Positions 44,960 to 60,936 of a stretch of 64,000 nucleotides of DNA are shown here, one piece after another. Numbering within the stretch: position 1 is the first letter of the stretch; each line of letters opens with the position of its first letter. The position numbers were made by a program, and so were the translations under genes. Source of the stretch: Schmidtea polychroa (Eukaryota); NCBI GenBank assembly GCA_044892525.1, contig CM097885.1, forward strand, positions 15,688,001-15,752,000, given 5' to 3'. The notes beneath the pieces are model-generated. The model saw only the letters and a program-made list of their open reading frames with translations. It did no database searches and had not been told where the DNA came from.

Positions 44960-47900
44960 TTAATTTTAGATGCAAATCTTCGTCAATTAATCAATGACCA
45001 CATGAAATTATTGGTTAAATATGAAAATAAGGGTTATAATTAGTTGTTAAGTAAATTATGGTGTAAAATTTAGTAATAAAGAATAATTAGGTACATTAAG
45101 GATAAGTAAATTAAAGTTAAAAATTTTAAATAAGTAAATTAAGAGTTTCAAAATTTTAAAATTAAGTAATGTTTTCAAAAATTAAATTAAAGTTAAATAA
45201 GTAAATTAAAGTAATAATTTTTAAATAAGTAATGTAATATGTAAATTTAACTAAGATTTTTAAATTTATTATCAAAAGATTGAATAACCACCAACTTTTT
45301 TGAGAAATGTAATTTTTAATGAAAATTTAAATGTAAAATTTTTTAAGTTAATTTTTAATGAAAATTTTTATGAAATATTTTTTTAAATTAATATTTTTAT
45401 ACAACTTCTATAATAATTTTAATTACAATCAATAGAAAAACCTTTTCAAAATGTCTAAATTTAATAAAAATGTTGATTTTCATCAAAAATAAATAATTGT
45501 CAACTCATCACCACGTGGAAATGATGATAATTTAAATTACAATGAAAGACTATAGAATTCTAATTTACAAAACATTCTTCTTTTAAATGATAACTACTGA
45601 CTTATTATTGCAAAGTAAAAATCACATTCAATAAATACTTATTGTTGATCAGTTTTATTATATATTCTCTGAGTTTATCCGACAGGTTGTTTTGACCCTC
45701 TAAGGATATTAGTCGTAAAGGTACTAGTCGTAGGGGTATTGGTAACACTCAACCACCACCTGGTCGTAAGGGTATGAGTCGTAAGGGTACTAGTCGTAGG
45801 GGTATTTGTAACACTCAACCACCACCTACCCATTAACTAGTTACCATGTACTAACAACTAGGTCTCAAACAACTAAATACTAAACATTTACAACCACATA
45901 CTAACAACCACCATCAAAACCCATCAACCTACAACTAGATACTTACAACCAGATACCCGCTACCAAGTACTTACAACTAGATACCAAGTACCAACAATCA
46001 ACTAACCACACATAAAAATAATAGCAATTAAATACAAAATATTCTTCATCACATACACTATCTTCTTATCAAAATCTCAAAAGTCAACCAACTACTTACA
46101 ACCAACTATGTACTAACAAATTGATCTTTAAAAGAAAATACTCATCACTTGAAAAATTGGATGAAAAATTAATTGAACTCAAGGCATCAATAACTAGCTA
46201 AAAATTGATTAAATAATTGTAAAAATTTTAAATTTTCAAAATAAATATTATAAAAATGTAATTAATGGACAAGAAAGAATTCTAGTCATTAATCATCCAG
46301 TAAATATAAAAATATTGATCATTCAAGTTAATATGAATCAACTAAGATAATAAATTAATAAGAATTTTGAAATAAGATCTAGTAGATAATTGATTTAGAT
46401 TGAATAAATTAGTTGAAATAAAATTAATTTTAATTAATTTTTTAAAAGTAATGCATGTACTCAAATTGATTGACTGATTGCTCAATATATTCAAAAAATC
46501 ATTATAAATTCATTACAATTATCAAAGTCAGCAATCTACAATAAAAATAGTTATCATTAAATTCCAAAAGAAACTAGATAACTAATGATAACATCTAACA
46601 AACCAGTAAATTCATTTAAATGACAACAATTGGTATATCCAAGTGAATTCTCCAATAAAATCATCTATAAAGAATCATTTTCCCCTAAATATATCAATAT
46701 TTAAAGATTGGTATTTTAATGATAAATAATTGTTAAAGATCATATATTCACCTCAAACTAATAAGATTCCTTAAAATCCCTTAAATGACTATATTTCAAC
46801 CCTTAATTCATATTATTACAAATATCATCTAAAAAGCATCAAATTTCCTTGAAATAACTCTATCCTTAAAGATTGATATTTTAATGACAAGTACCCGTAA
46901 AAGATCATATATTTCCCTCGGACTAATAGTGACTTTTTCCCTCTTTTGAATTGCAAATTTCATTCGTCGCTTCTTATATATTGCTGTAACCAAATTTCAC
47001 TGCAATTGCATTTTGTAAGTAAATCTCTGATTTCGAGGTTAATCTGTTCGTTAGCTATGACAGCAAGTTTCTTATTAAATGCGATCTGCGAGGAGGATGG
47101 TAAGATCATTTTGTTTATTACGGTATAATTGGCGAAATGTTCATTGAAGAGTGGTTCATAATGAACTATGTTAAGCGCTACAAGTCTGTTTGCTTTTGTT
47201 TTATCCATACTCCTGTCACTAGAATAATTTCATACTTGTTCATTTTTTTTAAATGACTTCGCTCTAACACAGTGACTTTTTCCCTCTTTTGAATTGCAAA
47301 TTTCATTTATCGCTTCTTATATGTTGCTGTAACCAAATTTCACATAAAATATTGCATACAATACTTTCAAATAATTATGGAATGCATTTTTGTGGCTTTC
47401 AACAATTTCAAGCTGTTTCTTAATTTTATTTCGTTTTTCTGCGCCACTTTTAAATCTTTTCTATGTGCTTACTATAGTAGATAGAAGTGTCACCGCTGAA
47501 CCAACCCTCTGGTAAAATCTCAAGGTCGATTAAGAATTTTAGATAAGTGTATATAAAAAATGCTTAGTTTCCATGGAAGTGAGCTTAAAACTCTCTAAAT
47601 TAAAATATAGGTCACACCATAATATAACATTTTCTGTATATTATGAAACAAAGACAAACTTATATTATAGAATTAAACTCATATTTTTTAACACATGGGA
47701 ACACAATGAACAAAAGCATAAGAAAAGTAAATTATGCAAATTAACAAAATATGCTTAGAAATATTTTGAAAAATATACTTTATTACAGAAAATTATTTTA
47801 ATATCGGAAATCAACTGAATAGGAAATATACAGGAATATTTACAGGAATATACTGGGAAACCCTCCAAACTCTAGAAAATTAAATATCCCAACTCAAAAA

Positions 47901-48267
47901 ATTTCCCCAAATTTTAAAAGCTCCTAAAATTAATTTTCGCAAAAAATAACGTAATTTTATATATGGTCAAAATTAACTTGTAAATTTTTTTTAAAATATT
48001 ACTTTATTATAGGAAATCAACCGTATAGGAAATATACAAGATTATTACAAGAAAAATCTTCCCAACTCAAATTATTACACAAATGCACTCAGTCTGGGAC
48101 ACATTGAGGAGCCATTGAAAGCTTGGTCACACCGCGAGCCAATACTCATGCTCATTGCGAAAAATCCAGTCAAATCGCCTTTATTGCCCTCATAAACATT
48201 ACACAAATGCACTCAGTCTGGGACACATTTCTCGCTATCCGTTCTGAGTAAGCATCCGTTTTGTACA

Positions 48268-49408
48268 GGTCATAGTAAATTATTGATTGATGAGATCAGT
48301 AATATATGCAATGAGATGCAAGCAATGAGAGATGAGAATCTAAAATTGCGTAATGAAATTATCAATATCAATGTAAATTTGTATTTGTAATTAATTTTAT
48401 TGACATTTGTGATTGTAGGTGAAACTGGGCAATATTGAAAGGAAAGAGGCGGAGAACAAAAGAGAAATAGAAGAATTGAATGAGGAAATGGTGACATTGA
48501 AGAATAAGAATCGCTCATTGAGAATGGAGATGGAGACAAATATTGGATCAAACAATCAAGTTTGATTATTGATTTGATTTGCTATTTATTTGTTATTGCT
48601 GCAAAGCAGGTCAGACAGCAAATTGAAGTGATTGAATCAAAATGTCAACAGCAAATTGATGAGATGAAAGAGAAATGCGAGCAGCGGCTGCAACAGGGGA
48701 ATGAAAAGGTGATTTATTGATTTATTTAAATATTTGAATTTGAGATTCAGTTGCAGCTTGAAATGGCGAAATGCGCCAATGAAATTTGGCGGAATGAAAC
48801 AAAATGTCAACAGCAAATTGATGAGATGAAAGAGAAATGCGAGCAGCGGCTGCAACAGGCGAATGAAAAGGTGATTTATTGATTTATTGAAATATTTGAA
48901 TTTGAGATTCAGTTGCAGCTTGAAATCGCGAAATGCGCCAATGAAATTCGGCAGATTGAAACAAAATTAGCAAATGAAAAATATATAAATTACGGATTTT
49001 TTGAATGGGAAATCGATAAATTTTCACAACAAAAGAGAAATGAAAATATTTACAGCAAGGCATTTTATTCTGGACCAATCGGTTAGAAAATGTGCTTGAG
49101 GGTGCTGATTGCGGGTTATGGCTGGTTTCTGTTTGATGCGTGGGGCAAATGATGAGCAATTGGATTGGCCGTTCAATCAATTATTGACAATCGATGTGAT
49201 CGATCCAGCAAATGGCAGCATTTATCAGGGCAAGTCAATGAAATATTCAGATTTGCCTCGTCATGCCGGATGGATGAAACCGTCAAATGACAGAAATAAT
49301 CCAATTCGCATATATTATGGCCCTGGTGCCAACTCAATCTATCAATTAGCAGCCAAAAGTGATAAATTGCTGCTCAGGGGCAGAATTGAAAAATTCTTAC
49401 AAATTTAA
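48268..49408 (+). pseudogene. TRAF-family paralog 3, 5'-truncated
   Basis: Lacks RING and zinc fingers; TAC>TAG at 49084-49086; frameshift in the MATH variable loop. Confidence 0.88.
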
Positions 49409-52400
49409 AAAAAACATTTCAATAAAAAATTGATTTATTTTCGGTTTTGATTTGTTTTATTGTTTGCCTTATTATTATTGATTTACTGACTTACTATGAG
49501 ATGCCATCAATCTAATATTGCTAAGGGAAGCAACTACGAGGGGAACATGGGGAAATTCGGCAGCACTGATCGAAAGATGAGTTATGAGAATGAATGATCG
49601 CATCATCATTAATTGCAAGCTAAGATGGCTGCATTCTATCCACTGATAGATTAGATTGATTTGCATTTGTAAATATTCTATGTGGCGGAGCGCTCATAGC
49701 AAATTGTCAATATCAATATCAATTATATCAATCTCGAGTCCGATTTACTAATAATATTATTGTTAATATAATAATAATAATACTATAGTTACTCTGTATT
49801 GCTTCGCACACCATTTGCATTTGTAATGAGATCCTTTTTAAGAACTAGTGACATGATTTTATATTAAATAATGTAACATTTCATAAATTTATTCACTTTT
49901 TCATTCTTTAAATTTTCAAATACAATATTATTAAAACAAAAAAGATTTCATGTAAATTATTATTTAAATTCACAAATTTGATAAATTTTATGAATGAAGT
50001 TTACTTATTAATAAAACAACGAAATTTATCTTGAAATCTTGAAATTATAAAAAATATAAGATAATAAAACCACCAGGTGGATCTAAACTTGAAAGGGTAC
50101 AAGAAATTATTTTGGAACTTGAAAATCATTAGGTACATCAGAAGTTGAAGATTATTAAAATCAAACTTACAAGTTTTGGCATCAGTGGCTTAACCAAGGA
50201 CGGGGGTTAGTGGTGTTAAACCTCCCATTGGATTTTACATGTTCAAATATTTGTCGACGTTAAGTGCCTAAAGGATCATCCACCTACATTAGAAATAAAG
50301 ACACTTTTTTATTTTATTTTATTGTAAATATTAACTGTGACATATGTCTTTACTCTATAGTCTACACTCTCAGTACATTGTGATTATTTATTTTGTTAAA
50401 TTTTATTTTGGCTATTTTTTTCTGATGTTCAATAAGTTATCTCCGTACTTAATGGAGTCAGCGAATAACGTCATTATCAATACAGACATCTTTGTCATGA
50501 AGAGCTTCGCGCCTTCGAAACCCTCATACGTCCACGCTTGAAATATTTGACCATAATAGTAATAAATATTTCTCAACTCCAACCCCCTTCCCTTTCATAA
50601 ATTCCTGGCTACGTTGGAATATTAATAGTGTTTCGGTTGGCAAATAACTCAGAATCTGGCGAGTGTTATTTTAATTGTTAGAGTCGCTGATAGATTTCTC
50701 ATTAGCTCATACTTAAACGCTTATATGAATATTTTACATTTTACCATCAATATACCCATGCCAACCGCCTTGTTTGGAATGTACGCAGTCATTGAAAATC
50801 ATTAAGCAAGTGATCTCAATTTCAAAAGATGGGTTACGAGTTGTGAGAACAATTTATGTTTATCTTTGCGAATGTAGGCCTTTTCCCGCCGTTACTCACA
50901 CTTTACCCTATTTCCTTCATAACTCCGCATAACTATTGATTTTACCGCTAAATGCCCATCACAAGCGACAATGGTGCTGAAATTTAGTTGGCGGCTCCTT
51001 TATTGTCAGATGCCTGTTGTTGTTGTTATTTTCATAATTAAAAATTGAAATATTAAATTTTAAAAACAATAAATAAATAGCAAGAATTGCCAGGAAAGAG
51101 GAAAACAATAACGATCGCAGCATTAAATTTATTATAAACTTTATGAATTTTATGAACATTGGGAAGATTTTATGATCTCAATTTATTTTATTTATTTGTG
51201 AAATTTAATAAACGCTATAAGGATAAGTTATTTGTTGTGGTAAATATTTATTTATGGTAAATATTTATTCATTTTCATAGTTAATTACAAACATAAAATT
51301 TGCACTCGCCACAAGCAATTTGAACAAACAAACCCTCCAGCAGGACATAAGTATCAAAGAAGATGTAGCGCCCTATTTCATATTTCCCTATCCTCATTAT
51401 GTTCACTTGACCAATCTATTTGCCGTTACTTGATACCTCAAATTTCTGAATTTGGATTTGTACTTAAATAAATAAAGATTTGAAGTTGAAAAGGCAACAT
51501 TAAACTATCAAAGGTTTCCTATCAGCTGCTTATTTCCATTTATGACGAATTTAGCTTTAAAATTTATTTAGATTCAAAATGAAATGCTGTAAATTGCATT
51601 TGGATTAAAAAACAACTTTATTTCAAATTAGGCAAGCGACAGAATCAAATGAATAAATAAGTAAAAGGAAATATTTATTAAGCATCAAATTCTCAATGTT
51701 TCCTATCGGGTAGGCTTGTTCGAGCAGATTCCAGCTTCCGGATCCTTTTTCACATGTACTTTATGCCATGAGGCTTTGCTGACTTCTTGTTTTCTATAGA
51801 GGAAGTCAATGTTGTTGATTGGTTAGCCTCGTGATGTCAGAGGAAATAGCGGGAAACAGTTCCATCTCTGAATAGGTGGAACGCCAATATTCACATGAAT
51901 GCCTGCTCTCATCACGGATAGCCATTGGGCTTGTTTTTGGATGGTAATCTCTAGATCTTGCATCACTCATTGGTACTCCTCTCACAGTTCTGTATTGATT
52001 CGATATTCCAGTGTAACGTTTTGGCGTTATCTAAACGGAACAATAACAACTTCTCCATTGAAGGATCCATTGTTATTTTGAATATTTACGGTTAAAACTT
52101 TGTTTTTGCACAAAGTGCGAGTGATAATAATAGCAGTATAAACTGATTAGGGGGCAATTGGTGGGTTATATTTTACTCTAAAACAATGTTTCTATAAAAT
52201 TATCAATGATATAAACTTAATTTCTGTAATCGTGTGGAAATGTCCATCATCGATGCTGTCCCGATAATCATATTCACAATTTCCGTAGCCACAACAATGA
52301 TGGTGGTCATCTCAAAGATACCTTTCATATGAAGCTCAAATGTTATGCGTAATGATCAGGATAGTAAAAATGAATATTAGAGTAGCAACCAAGAGAATTA

Positions 52401-53246
52401 TGATAATGATAAATATGATGATTTAATGCTCTGAAAGTAATGAGAACTTATTCACTCAAGGTGGCCACGATATTGATGATAACTAAATATTTTATACTGA
52501 CAAAGTCAAAAATTTATTTGTTAATCAACTCTTTACTCGATCATTTTTACAGAAATGTTTATATTATAAGCTAAATATTAAGCAAAATTGTCTTATTTTC
52601 ATTTAACGTATAACTCCATATAATATGACTATTCCTAATAATATGATCATTTCTTTTTGATAAATGGTCATACAAATAAATAAATGATTTTTTAAAATTC
52701 TTTTATATCAATAATACAATTTCTATAATAAATTTTTCTTTATTTCATCCCAAAGAAAAAAATAACATTTACAATTGCTTTCAAGAAAAAAGGTGATTTC
52801 ATATAGGGAGCTTGGAAATTCATGTTATAAGGCAAAAAGCTTTTTCGGCGACAGAGATAGTCAATCTATTTCTTATTGTCAATCTGTTTCAGCAGTGGTA
52901 TATAATTGTGAATTTATGCATCATGTTTGTTACAATTTCTAAATACATAAATTTTTAAATTGAAACCACAATAAGAATCCTTATAAAGCGTTATTATTAC
53001 AAAAAATCACTTTGCCCAATTTAAATTCTTAGGTTAAGTCTGTCCAATTCAGATCAGCACTAATGTGGGTGACCATTAAAAAAATCAGGTAATGTTGTAT
53101 TTTATTTTTTGTTTAATCGTTCACCAAATACCTTTATTTCATTACATTACCATTAAGCATCATGCCTTGCAATGTATAAAACTGTATATGTCTATCTGTT
53201 CACGATTATAATCTATAGATATAAAAAAATTAGTTCAGAATTAGAC

Positions 53247-53552
53247 TTCAGAAGGCTCCAGTTTCCAGTTCGCCTAGCTTTTTAAATGTCCATCAATAAA
53301 GCCCAAGGACAGTCTCTGAAAGTTGTTCTTTATTATCATAGATACAAACCCTGAATCATTTTAAAATCATTATATCATAATAAATTTTAATTATTATTAA
53401 TATTTTGAGTTTTTTTTAATTTTCACATCCCAATAACATGTAACATATGTTTACGGTGTATAATTACTTTTGAAAATCCAAATGCATTTAATAAAATATA
53501 GCAATTTACTTTATGACTTATGTGCCCGAGCAACGCCGGGTAGCCCAACTAG
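53247..53552 (+). mobile_element. Helitron remnant (PIF1 helicase fragment plus 3' end)
   Basis: FRRLQFPVRLAF*MSINKAQGQSLKVV; CCCGAGCAACGCCGGG hairpin followed by CTAG then T. Confidence 0.8.
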
Positions 53553-55024
53553 TCACACTATGAATAAGCAATTTATGATGACTGAATTAATGACATTGAT
53601 TTGTTTTGACTTTATCTCATATAAGCATCAATTTATTATAGAGCATTTCAGTAAAATATAATGGAATATGAAATTTCTGTATACAAGGAATATAAATACG
53701 AGGAGAAACCGGGTAGTAAAAATAATTAAAAATTAATAATTTGTTTTACTTCACTCATTGTAACAGATTAACATTTAGCTTTTTAATAAATAATAAATTT
53801 TTTATTTTTATGTTAGTGAAAGCCGGTTCAGTAGAATATAGTAAACAATAATGTAAAGATCGGAAAATTTTTAAGCGAAGTTTTGAGAATTAATATTTTT
53901 TCATTTGTTTTTAATTATTATTAAGAACTGAAAATTGACTTTTCCATTTGTTTAATATTTTCTTTATTTTTATTTTTTTAATATTTTTATTTTTATATTT
54001 CCTAAAATTTCCAATAATGATATCCAAGCATTTCTAAAGTTATTATTTCCTAATTAAATAATATTTAAATAAGTTACATAATGCACATTATTTGTTGATT
54101 TTCCAACAATTTTCCATTGTTAATAAAAACGTATGAGAAAAAATTTAAATATTGCTTAATTCCTAATGAAACTCGAAAATTTATTTATTAAATTTATTTT
54201 TTTACTAATTATTTTAAATTAATTGTTGAAAAAGTTAAAAAATAAACGAAAACCAGAAAAATTAAACAAATTTAAATTAAATTAAAATGAATTTAATTGC
54301 GCGATTTAACTAAACATACCACGCAACGCCTCTCAGCGTTTGGGCAACGGATACCGGGGAAATAGCAAGATGTCCATAGAGGTAAATACTCAGGGACAAG
54401 TAGAACAAAACCAAAACAATTAATTAAAATATTTGAATGGGGTCAGCGTCTGAGATAAATTAGGATTTAAAACGGTGGCTTTCTTTTTGCATTTGCAAGT
54501 TTGCATTTTAGAATTACAAATCTTTATGAAGCCTTATAACAATGAAAGACAGATCAAAACAAAATTTACGATGCATTCCAGAAATAAAGGCAAGGCATGA
54601 TTCGAGTTACTGCAAGAAAACCTTTTCCAGCCCCTTTAAAATCACTCATTAAAATTTATTGGTTTTTACTTGATTAATATATAATATATATTCCTTCATG
54701 TCCTTTTATTAGAAACCTCAAAGAAAATATATTTGAAAATTTGAGATCACAGATAAAAGAGCCTGGGAACCTGCTGATACAAAGGATTTAATGGCATTGA
54801 AGTAACATAAAAATCAAAATAATTCATCAAATATGTTTTCAAGAATAGATGTTTCCTAAGGTTGAGGCCTTCATTAAATATGGAAAATATAAAAAACATG
54901 AAACGAAAACCGTTTTTGGTCGTTTCGAGAAGACCAAAAAGTCATAGCCATACAATATGATCATATATATCTGCTGACAAGTATCAAGTACAAAGGTGAA
55001 ACCCCATTAAAAGGCAATATTTTG

Positions 55025-55330
55025 ACTTTCAAAGACATTGGTAATTTTGAAATACAATTCATCATTTCTACAATCCTTTTCTTCGGTAATGGAGATCTCT
55101 TCAAACTGACCATCTAGGTCCAGCGATTCCTGAGGGGGTGCAGCATAATTCGGTACATCATCTATTATAATAGCAAACGATTCAATTAATAAAAATATAT
55201 TTACCCATTTCTATGGCATAGTTGTAGTGGACTATTTCTGGGATTGTGACAAATTCTATGTTGAAATGCAATTCTTTGAGTTCCAATTTTAATAGGTCCT
55301 GGGGATAAATAAAAAAACAAAATATCGGTT
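55025..55330 (-). pseudogene. TMEM104: Second copy of two TMEM104-like exons
   Basis: Highly similar to 8742-9047 and also followed by (ATT)n; lacks the stop seen in the first copy. Confidence 0.7.
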
Positions 55331-55372
55331 AATATTATTAATATTTATTATTATTATTATTATTATTTTTAA

Positions 55373-55428
<56 letters not shown>

Positions 55429-55450
55429 TTAATAATATTATTATTATTAA

Positions 55451-55496
<46 letters not shown>

Positions 55497-55751
55497 AATA
55501 TTATTATTATTAATATTATTTATTATTAATATTATTATTAGGAGGAAGTTGAAAGATTCTTAAAGATTAATTAGAAATTTTGTTAAAATTTAAAATATAT
55601 TTTTAGTGAAAAATATTTTAAAAAGAACGAAATTTATCATTTTTAAAAAATATTTTTATCAAAGAATATTTTAAGAAAAACTGAAATTTGTTTAAATAAC
55701 AAAAATAAGATCAGACAAGTTTTTGAGTATATCATTTATTAAATAAAATTT

Positions 55752-56460
55752 ATGGAATTATTTAGTGATTTGAAAACGGATGAGAATCCTAATATGGTGG
55801 CAGCGGTAAACACCGACGCGATAACCGAAAGATTATTACCAAAGGTGTTATGTCAAGGTGATGACTTGGAAAAATTCATATGAATATCCGACATTTATTT
55901 CGATGCTAAAGGCATCAATAAAAAAGAACAGGAAAGATTGACTGCATGCATGATCGACGAGGATCTATTGGAGAAATATGCGAAGACAGTTAAAAAAGCA
56001 GAAGGATTTCAAGCCAGGTTAGGAATGGCATTTAATTACGAAAGAGACGTAATGAAGGGTATGGAAAGTTTATTGGATTATAAAAGAGGCGAAGAGATTG
56101 AAACATATTTTTAAAAAGTGGAGGACCTTGTTGACAGGTTGTTTGAGAATAAAGAATTCACCAAAGAGAAAATAACAGCAAAGATGTTGATAGTATGTGC
56201 TGAGAATAAAAAAGTTTAGAAAGAAGTAATATTGGGGAAGGTAAAAAGCACAGAGGAGATAAAGAAAACATTAATTCTGATGGATAAAGTGGACAGACAG
56301 AGAGATCAGATCAACGCTATGAAAAGTTATGCAAGGGTGGTCTATCAGAATCCACAGAGAAGAGGACAGTACAAGCAGAAAGATGAAAGAGAAGTCAGGC
56401 GACGAGATGAACCAGAGTGCTGGCTATGCATAAAATAGGCCACATGAAAATAGAATGTTT
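55752..56460 (+). mobile_element. Degenerate retrotransposon gag
   Basis: Purine-rich frame with stops, ending in a CWLC..*GHMKIEC zinc knuckle. Confidence 0.6.
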
Positions 56461-56549
56461 GATGATATTATTGAATTAAGAATAATGAAAATAAAAGTTG
56501 CTCGAACTTTCATATCCGATCGAGATATTACATTAGGATAACAAAATAA

Positions 56550-56770
56550 TATTGACATCAAAGCTTCCGGCCGGTGAATTGACGGTTTCACGAAAAGAAT
56601 GGGACTGCCGCTTAGAAGAACAACCAACTGTACGAATTTATCAGATGATACGTTAATTTCCCGTGCCATTAATTATATGGATTTTTAGGAGCTACGATCC
56701 CTAATGTTGACTTGTCGAAAACATTGTTAATGGATGAAACAGCTGTTTATTTCGAAGATAATAGGATTAT
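56550..56770 (+). mobile_element. pogo-like transposase fragment
   Basis: KASGR*IDGFTKRMGLPLRRTT (CENP-B-type HTH) and MDETAVYF. Confidence 0.6.
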
Positions 56771-57796
56771 AGAAGATAATAGAGCTCCAAGTAATGCTTG
56801 GAGGTCTATGTCTATCCAAAACATAAAAACTCTATTCAATCAGCTGAGTTTTCGGAGAATTTCGAGGATTGGCATATATTGAAAAATGATATTTATGGTG
56901 AGAGATTCCGAAACGAATTTATTAATTCGATATTTGAAGATTCAACAACAACTCAGAACGAGTACGATTTTGAACCAGATTTATTTGATCTAGCTGATGA
57001 ATGATTAAAAATGCAATTTGTTTTTTATATTTCTTTAAATTCAAATAGTTTCACTAATTTACTGAACCATGTAAGGAATTTTTATTTTTTGGTCATATTA
57101 TTGAATATTGAACTCACACAAACTAATATGTTATTATGAACCTTTAGGCAATTTATCTTTCCGTATTTTCACATAAGCGCAATAGGAATAGATAAATAAA
57201 TGAAAAAGAAATACCTGAAAATAATTTATATATTTGTGCGTCAACAATAAAAATGACAGAATTAGCAAATTGAGATCCACAAAAGGTTACAATGAAATAC
57301 AAAATGGCACGATTCCCTAAGTCGTAAGGCATTGAAACCTTCACTTAATTGTTAATTTACCCACTAGTATACTATGAGCTTACCTTGCCAATACCCCTTT
57401 GTATGAATTACACAATTCTCAGTGACGTAATCACACACATTATTATGTAATCACTGAGTTTTACATAAAACATATTATCATCTCAACTAGTTTGGTTTGA
57501 CAGTTTTAATGAACTCTTGTCAGGTTTATGCTAAAACTTTGCTATTTCTGTGATGGACAGCCAAAGAATATTTTATAGTCTCCTTCAGTTCGAGGTGGCG
57601 ATGAAAAAAGAAACCAAGATCCATATAGAATACGCCAGATGTAATGACCTTCCTGAATCAGCCTATTTCATCTGCCATAATCTCATCCTTTATAAATAAC
57701 TTAGCTACACAACTAAACACAAACAAAATTGATACTCAATTTGCCTTAAATGAAATGGAAAGGATTAATGGTAACATAAATCCATAAAGATATCAT

Positions 57797-59200
57797 TTGC
57801 CTAAAAAGGCTGATGTAATTCATAAAAAATTAAAATCTGACTGCAAACTTTTATCTGTTAAAAGATTTAAATTTAAAATTAAACCTAAAGAGGAGATAAT
57901 GAAACTATTGAGTGATCACGAACTGAGTCATGGAGCAAACTCTTGGAGGCATATTGCAATAATGAACACGGCTTACCGTATCTTTGCATCCATAATAAAT
58001 AAGCGTATATTAGAATGGATAAAAGGTAATTTGGTCACCCCTAATCAAAACGCAATTGGAGAACCTGACGGATGTGCTGAGCATAATATGATAAAGATTA
58101 TTCCATAAGAAACCACAAAGACATTCACATAATATAGCTGGATATTCAAGACGCCTTCGGATCCATCAAACATGACCTCATATGGCACACTTTAACAGAA
58201 ATGAATCTTATCGACAAAACCATAAATCTAATAAAAATATGTATAATGGCGTAAACTTTCTTTGAATGTGAAGGAGAAAAATCATCTTCAGTGCCTTTTA
58301 TAAAGGGGGTTAAACAAGGTTGCCTCATATCTATGACTTTGTTCTGCTTAGCAATTGATTTTATACTAAAATAATCCTTTTCATTTCCATTGACATAAAA
58401 TCAGCATCTTAGCTTACGCAGGCGATATCGTACCAGTATCTGACTCATATATATCAATTGAAAAAGCACTGACAGAAACAGTTAGCCTTGCACAAAAAGT
58501 AAAAAAAGTAAAAAGATCTTCCAATCACCCCTACACCCAGCACAGAAAATTTCAGCCTATCAAATCTTTTTACACTCAAGTCTAATGTTCACCTTCCGCA
58601 ATTGTGAAATAAATCACATGATACTCGATTCAATAAGAAAGAAAGCAGTAATGGGTTTCGACCAAAAATTTAAAGCAGTGATTAGAGAAGTATTGCTAGA
58701 TAAAATATCACAACTGAACTATAGATGAATACCTTATTCAGAGCATTATACATCCAACACGCTCCTTAAACTCGAATGACAGGTTTCAGGAAACTAGTAA
58801 TATCAGAACTAACACAAGCGAGGGGAAAAAACAATTGCGAAGCAGCACTCTCCTGGCTAAATGGTGATTTATATGCCAACATCAAAAAAGCCTCACATTT
58901 TTCAAAATTTAGAAAATCATCGATATTAATAAAATATGGCAAATCTATTAAAAACAAAGAAATAGAAAGTATTATACAGCTAGAAATAAAACATCGCGAG
59001 AACTGTAAATACTGCTTCATAGACAATCTCCACCATATCTGAAGAACTTCATAATAAAATAGCTCTAATAAATTCAGAGAAATGGCACAGAAATATATGC
59101 CAAAGCTATTAGTGAAAGCAGATAATTTGACAGACTCGCAGTTTCTATTCCTAATTTATACTAGAAACAATTTATTGAAACTTAATTATTCCCCGCATAC
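57797..59200 (+). mobile_element. Decayed non-LTR retrotransposon reverse transcriptase (R2/NeSL-like)
   Basis: WRHIAIMNTAYRIF, DGCAEH, LDIQDAFGSI, GVKQGC, LAYAGDI with many stops. Confidence 0.75.
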
Positions 59201-60936
59201 ACCCGTTTGCACTGAATAAGCTCATCTGTAATATGGGTTGGTGTGTACAATCCATTATATTACAGATGCGTCATAATCTGTGATGTATTTCAGATGGAAT
59301 TTTTGGGTTTTAGGTAATTTAAGTCGGTAACATCTGACTCCTCGTGTGCTTTTAATCAAAACAATAAACTACCTAACGTATATTTGAATCACAAAAATAA
59401 AAAAAAAATCACAAAAAAAGGCAAAATGCTGATTAGTATCACGAATTTTGATGAGGGAGACAAAGTGATTCACGGTAACGGAAGGCTCACACAACTGACA
59501 CAACAGCGCATAATTAATGGAATACAAAGACATATTTGCTGTCTCAGATTTAGGTTTGGGTTAATAATTTAACATTATACCATTGGTGCATCTAATGCTT
59601 TACCGATGTAGAGGAACCACATGCCAATAGTCATACTGATTGCGAAAAATCCAGTCAAATCACCTTCATTGCCCTCTTAAACATTACACAAATGCACTCA
59701 GTCTTGGACACGTTTCTCGCTATCCCTTCTGAGTAAGCATCCGTTTTGTAGAGCTCCTTTCATTCATGTCATCCGATATGTCAGTGTAGGATCTTGTCTG
59801 TGTACAAGTTTCCACACCTTCAAATTGAGGATCTAGAAAGGATAAAATCAAATTCCCTCAACTCGTCATTAATTCATATTCATACACAAGGTAACACCAT
59901 AGGTAATACTTAGCTAAATATTTTATGCGAATGATTCTTCCTTTCATAATATTGACGTTTGTAGGCTACGGAATAAGTGATATGCAATTATATTTGTATC
60001 ATTGTTGATAAAACTTGTGGCCCCCATTCCCTCCATTTACCATGTCAGTTACTGTCAAATACTTTATTCTGCAATGGCATAAAATCCTTCATTCATTAAA
60101 CAAATATGGAAGACTAAATAAAATAAGCGTTTCCAAAGCATTTATCACACTGGGCATGGATATAGATGAATGCTACTGACACCCTGTGATCTATTCCATC
60201 AACTTTTACACATTCGCGATTGTAGGAAGAACTCTTGATAGAAACCCCTAATATGTCACGTCACAATGTATCAATGCGTTCGATGACACAACAAAGAACA
60301 ATGAAAGATGACCACGGCTAATACATACACCCTCCTATTGGATAGAATCAATTAAAATTTCGTGTCAATTAGGCATTGCATTGATCACAGATTTCATAAA
60401 ATTATAGAAAAATTCGTTACAATTTAATTTTTATTGTGTTAATCTAATCCAATTTATCAGTATTGCTTGGTGCATTTGATATTTTATCATTGCACCTTTG
60501 TCACAATAAAATGTGAAAATGTCAATATGGGGCTCACAGGAACCTTGTACACATTAGAAAATGCCTGACAAATATTTGTAACCATGACGAGATCATTAGA
60601 TCAATATATTAGCATTTTTTGAAAATTATTTATTTTTATATTTTGATATAATTTTAATTTGTATTTGCCGTTAAAAATGTTAAAATTTTAGATTTTGTTA
60701 TAAAATTGTAATTTAAATAATTTTCTAATATTTAACATAAATGATATTAATAATATTTTGATTTGCGCTAAAAGCTAAAACACAATATTTATAAAATGTT
60801 TGTTTATCTACATCAAAATACACATTATAAATATTGAAATTGTCAACGTCAGAGGAAATAATAAATATAATAAGTATGATTTCTGAATGTTGTAAAATGT
60901 TGAAATAAATTTATAATTTTGTTATTTTTAGATAAA

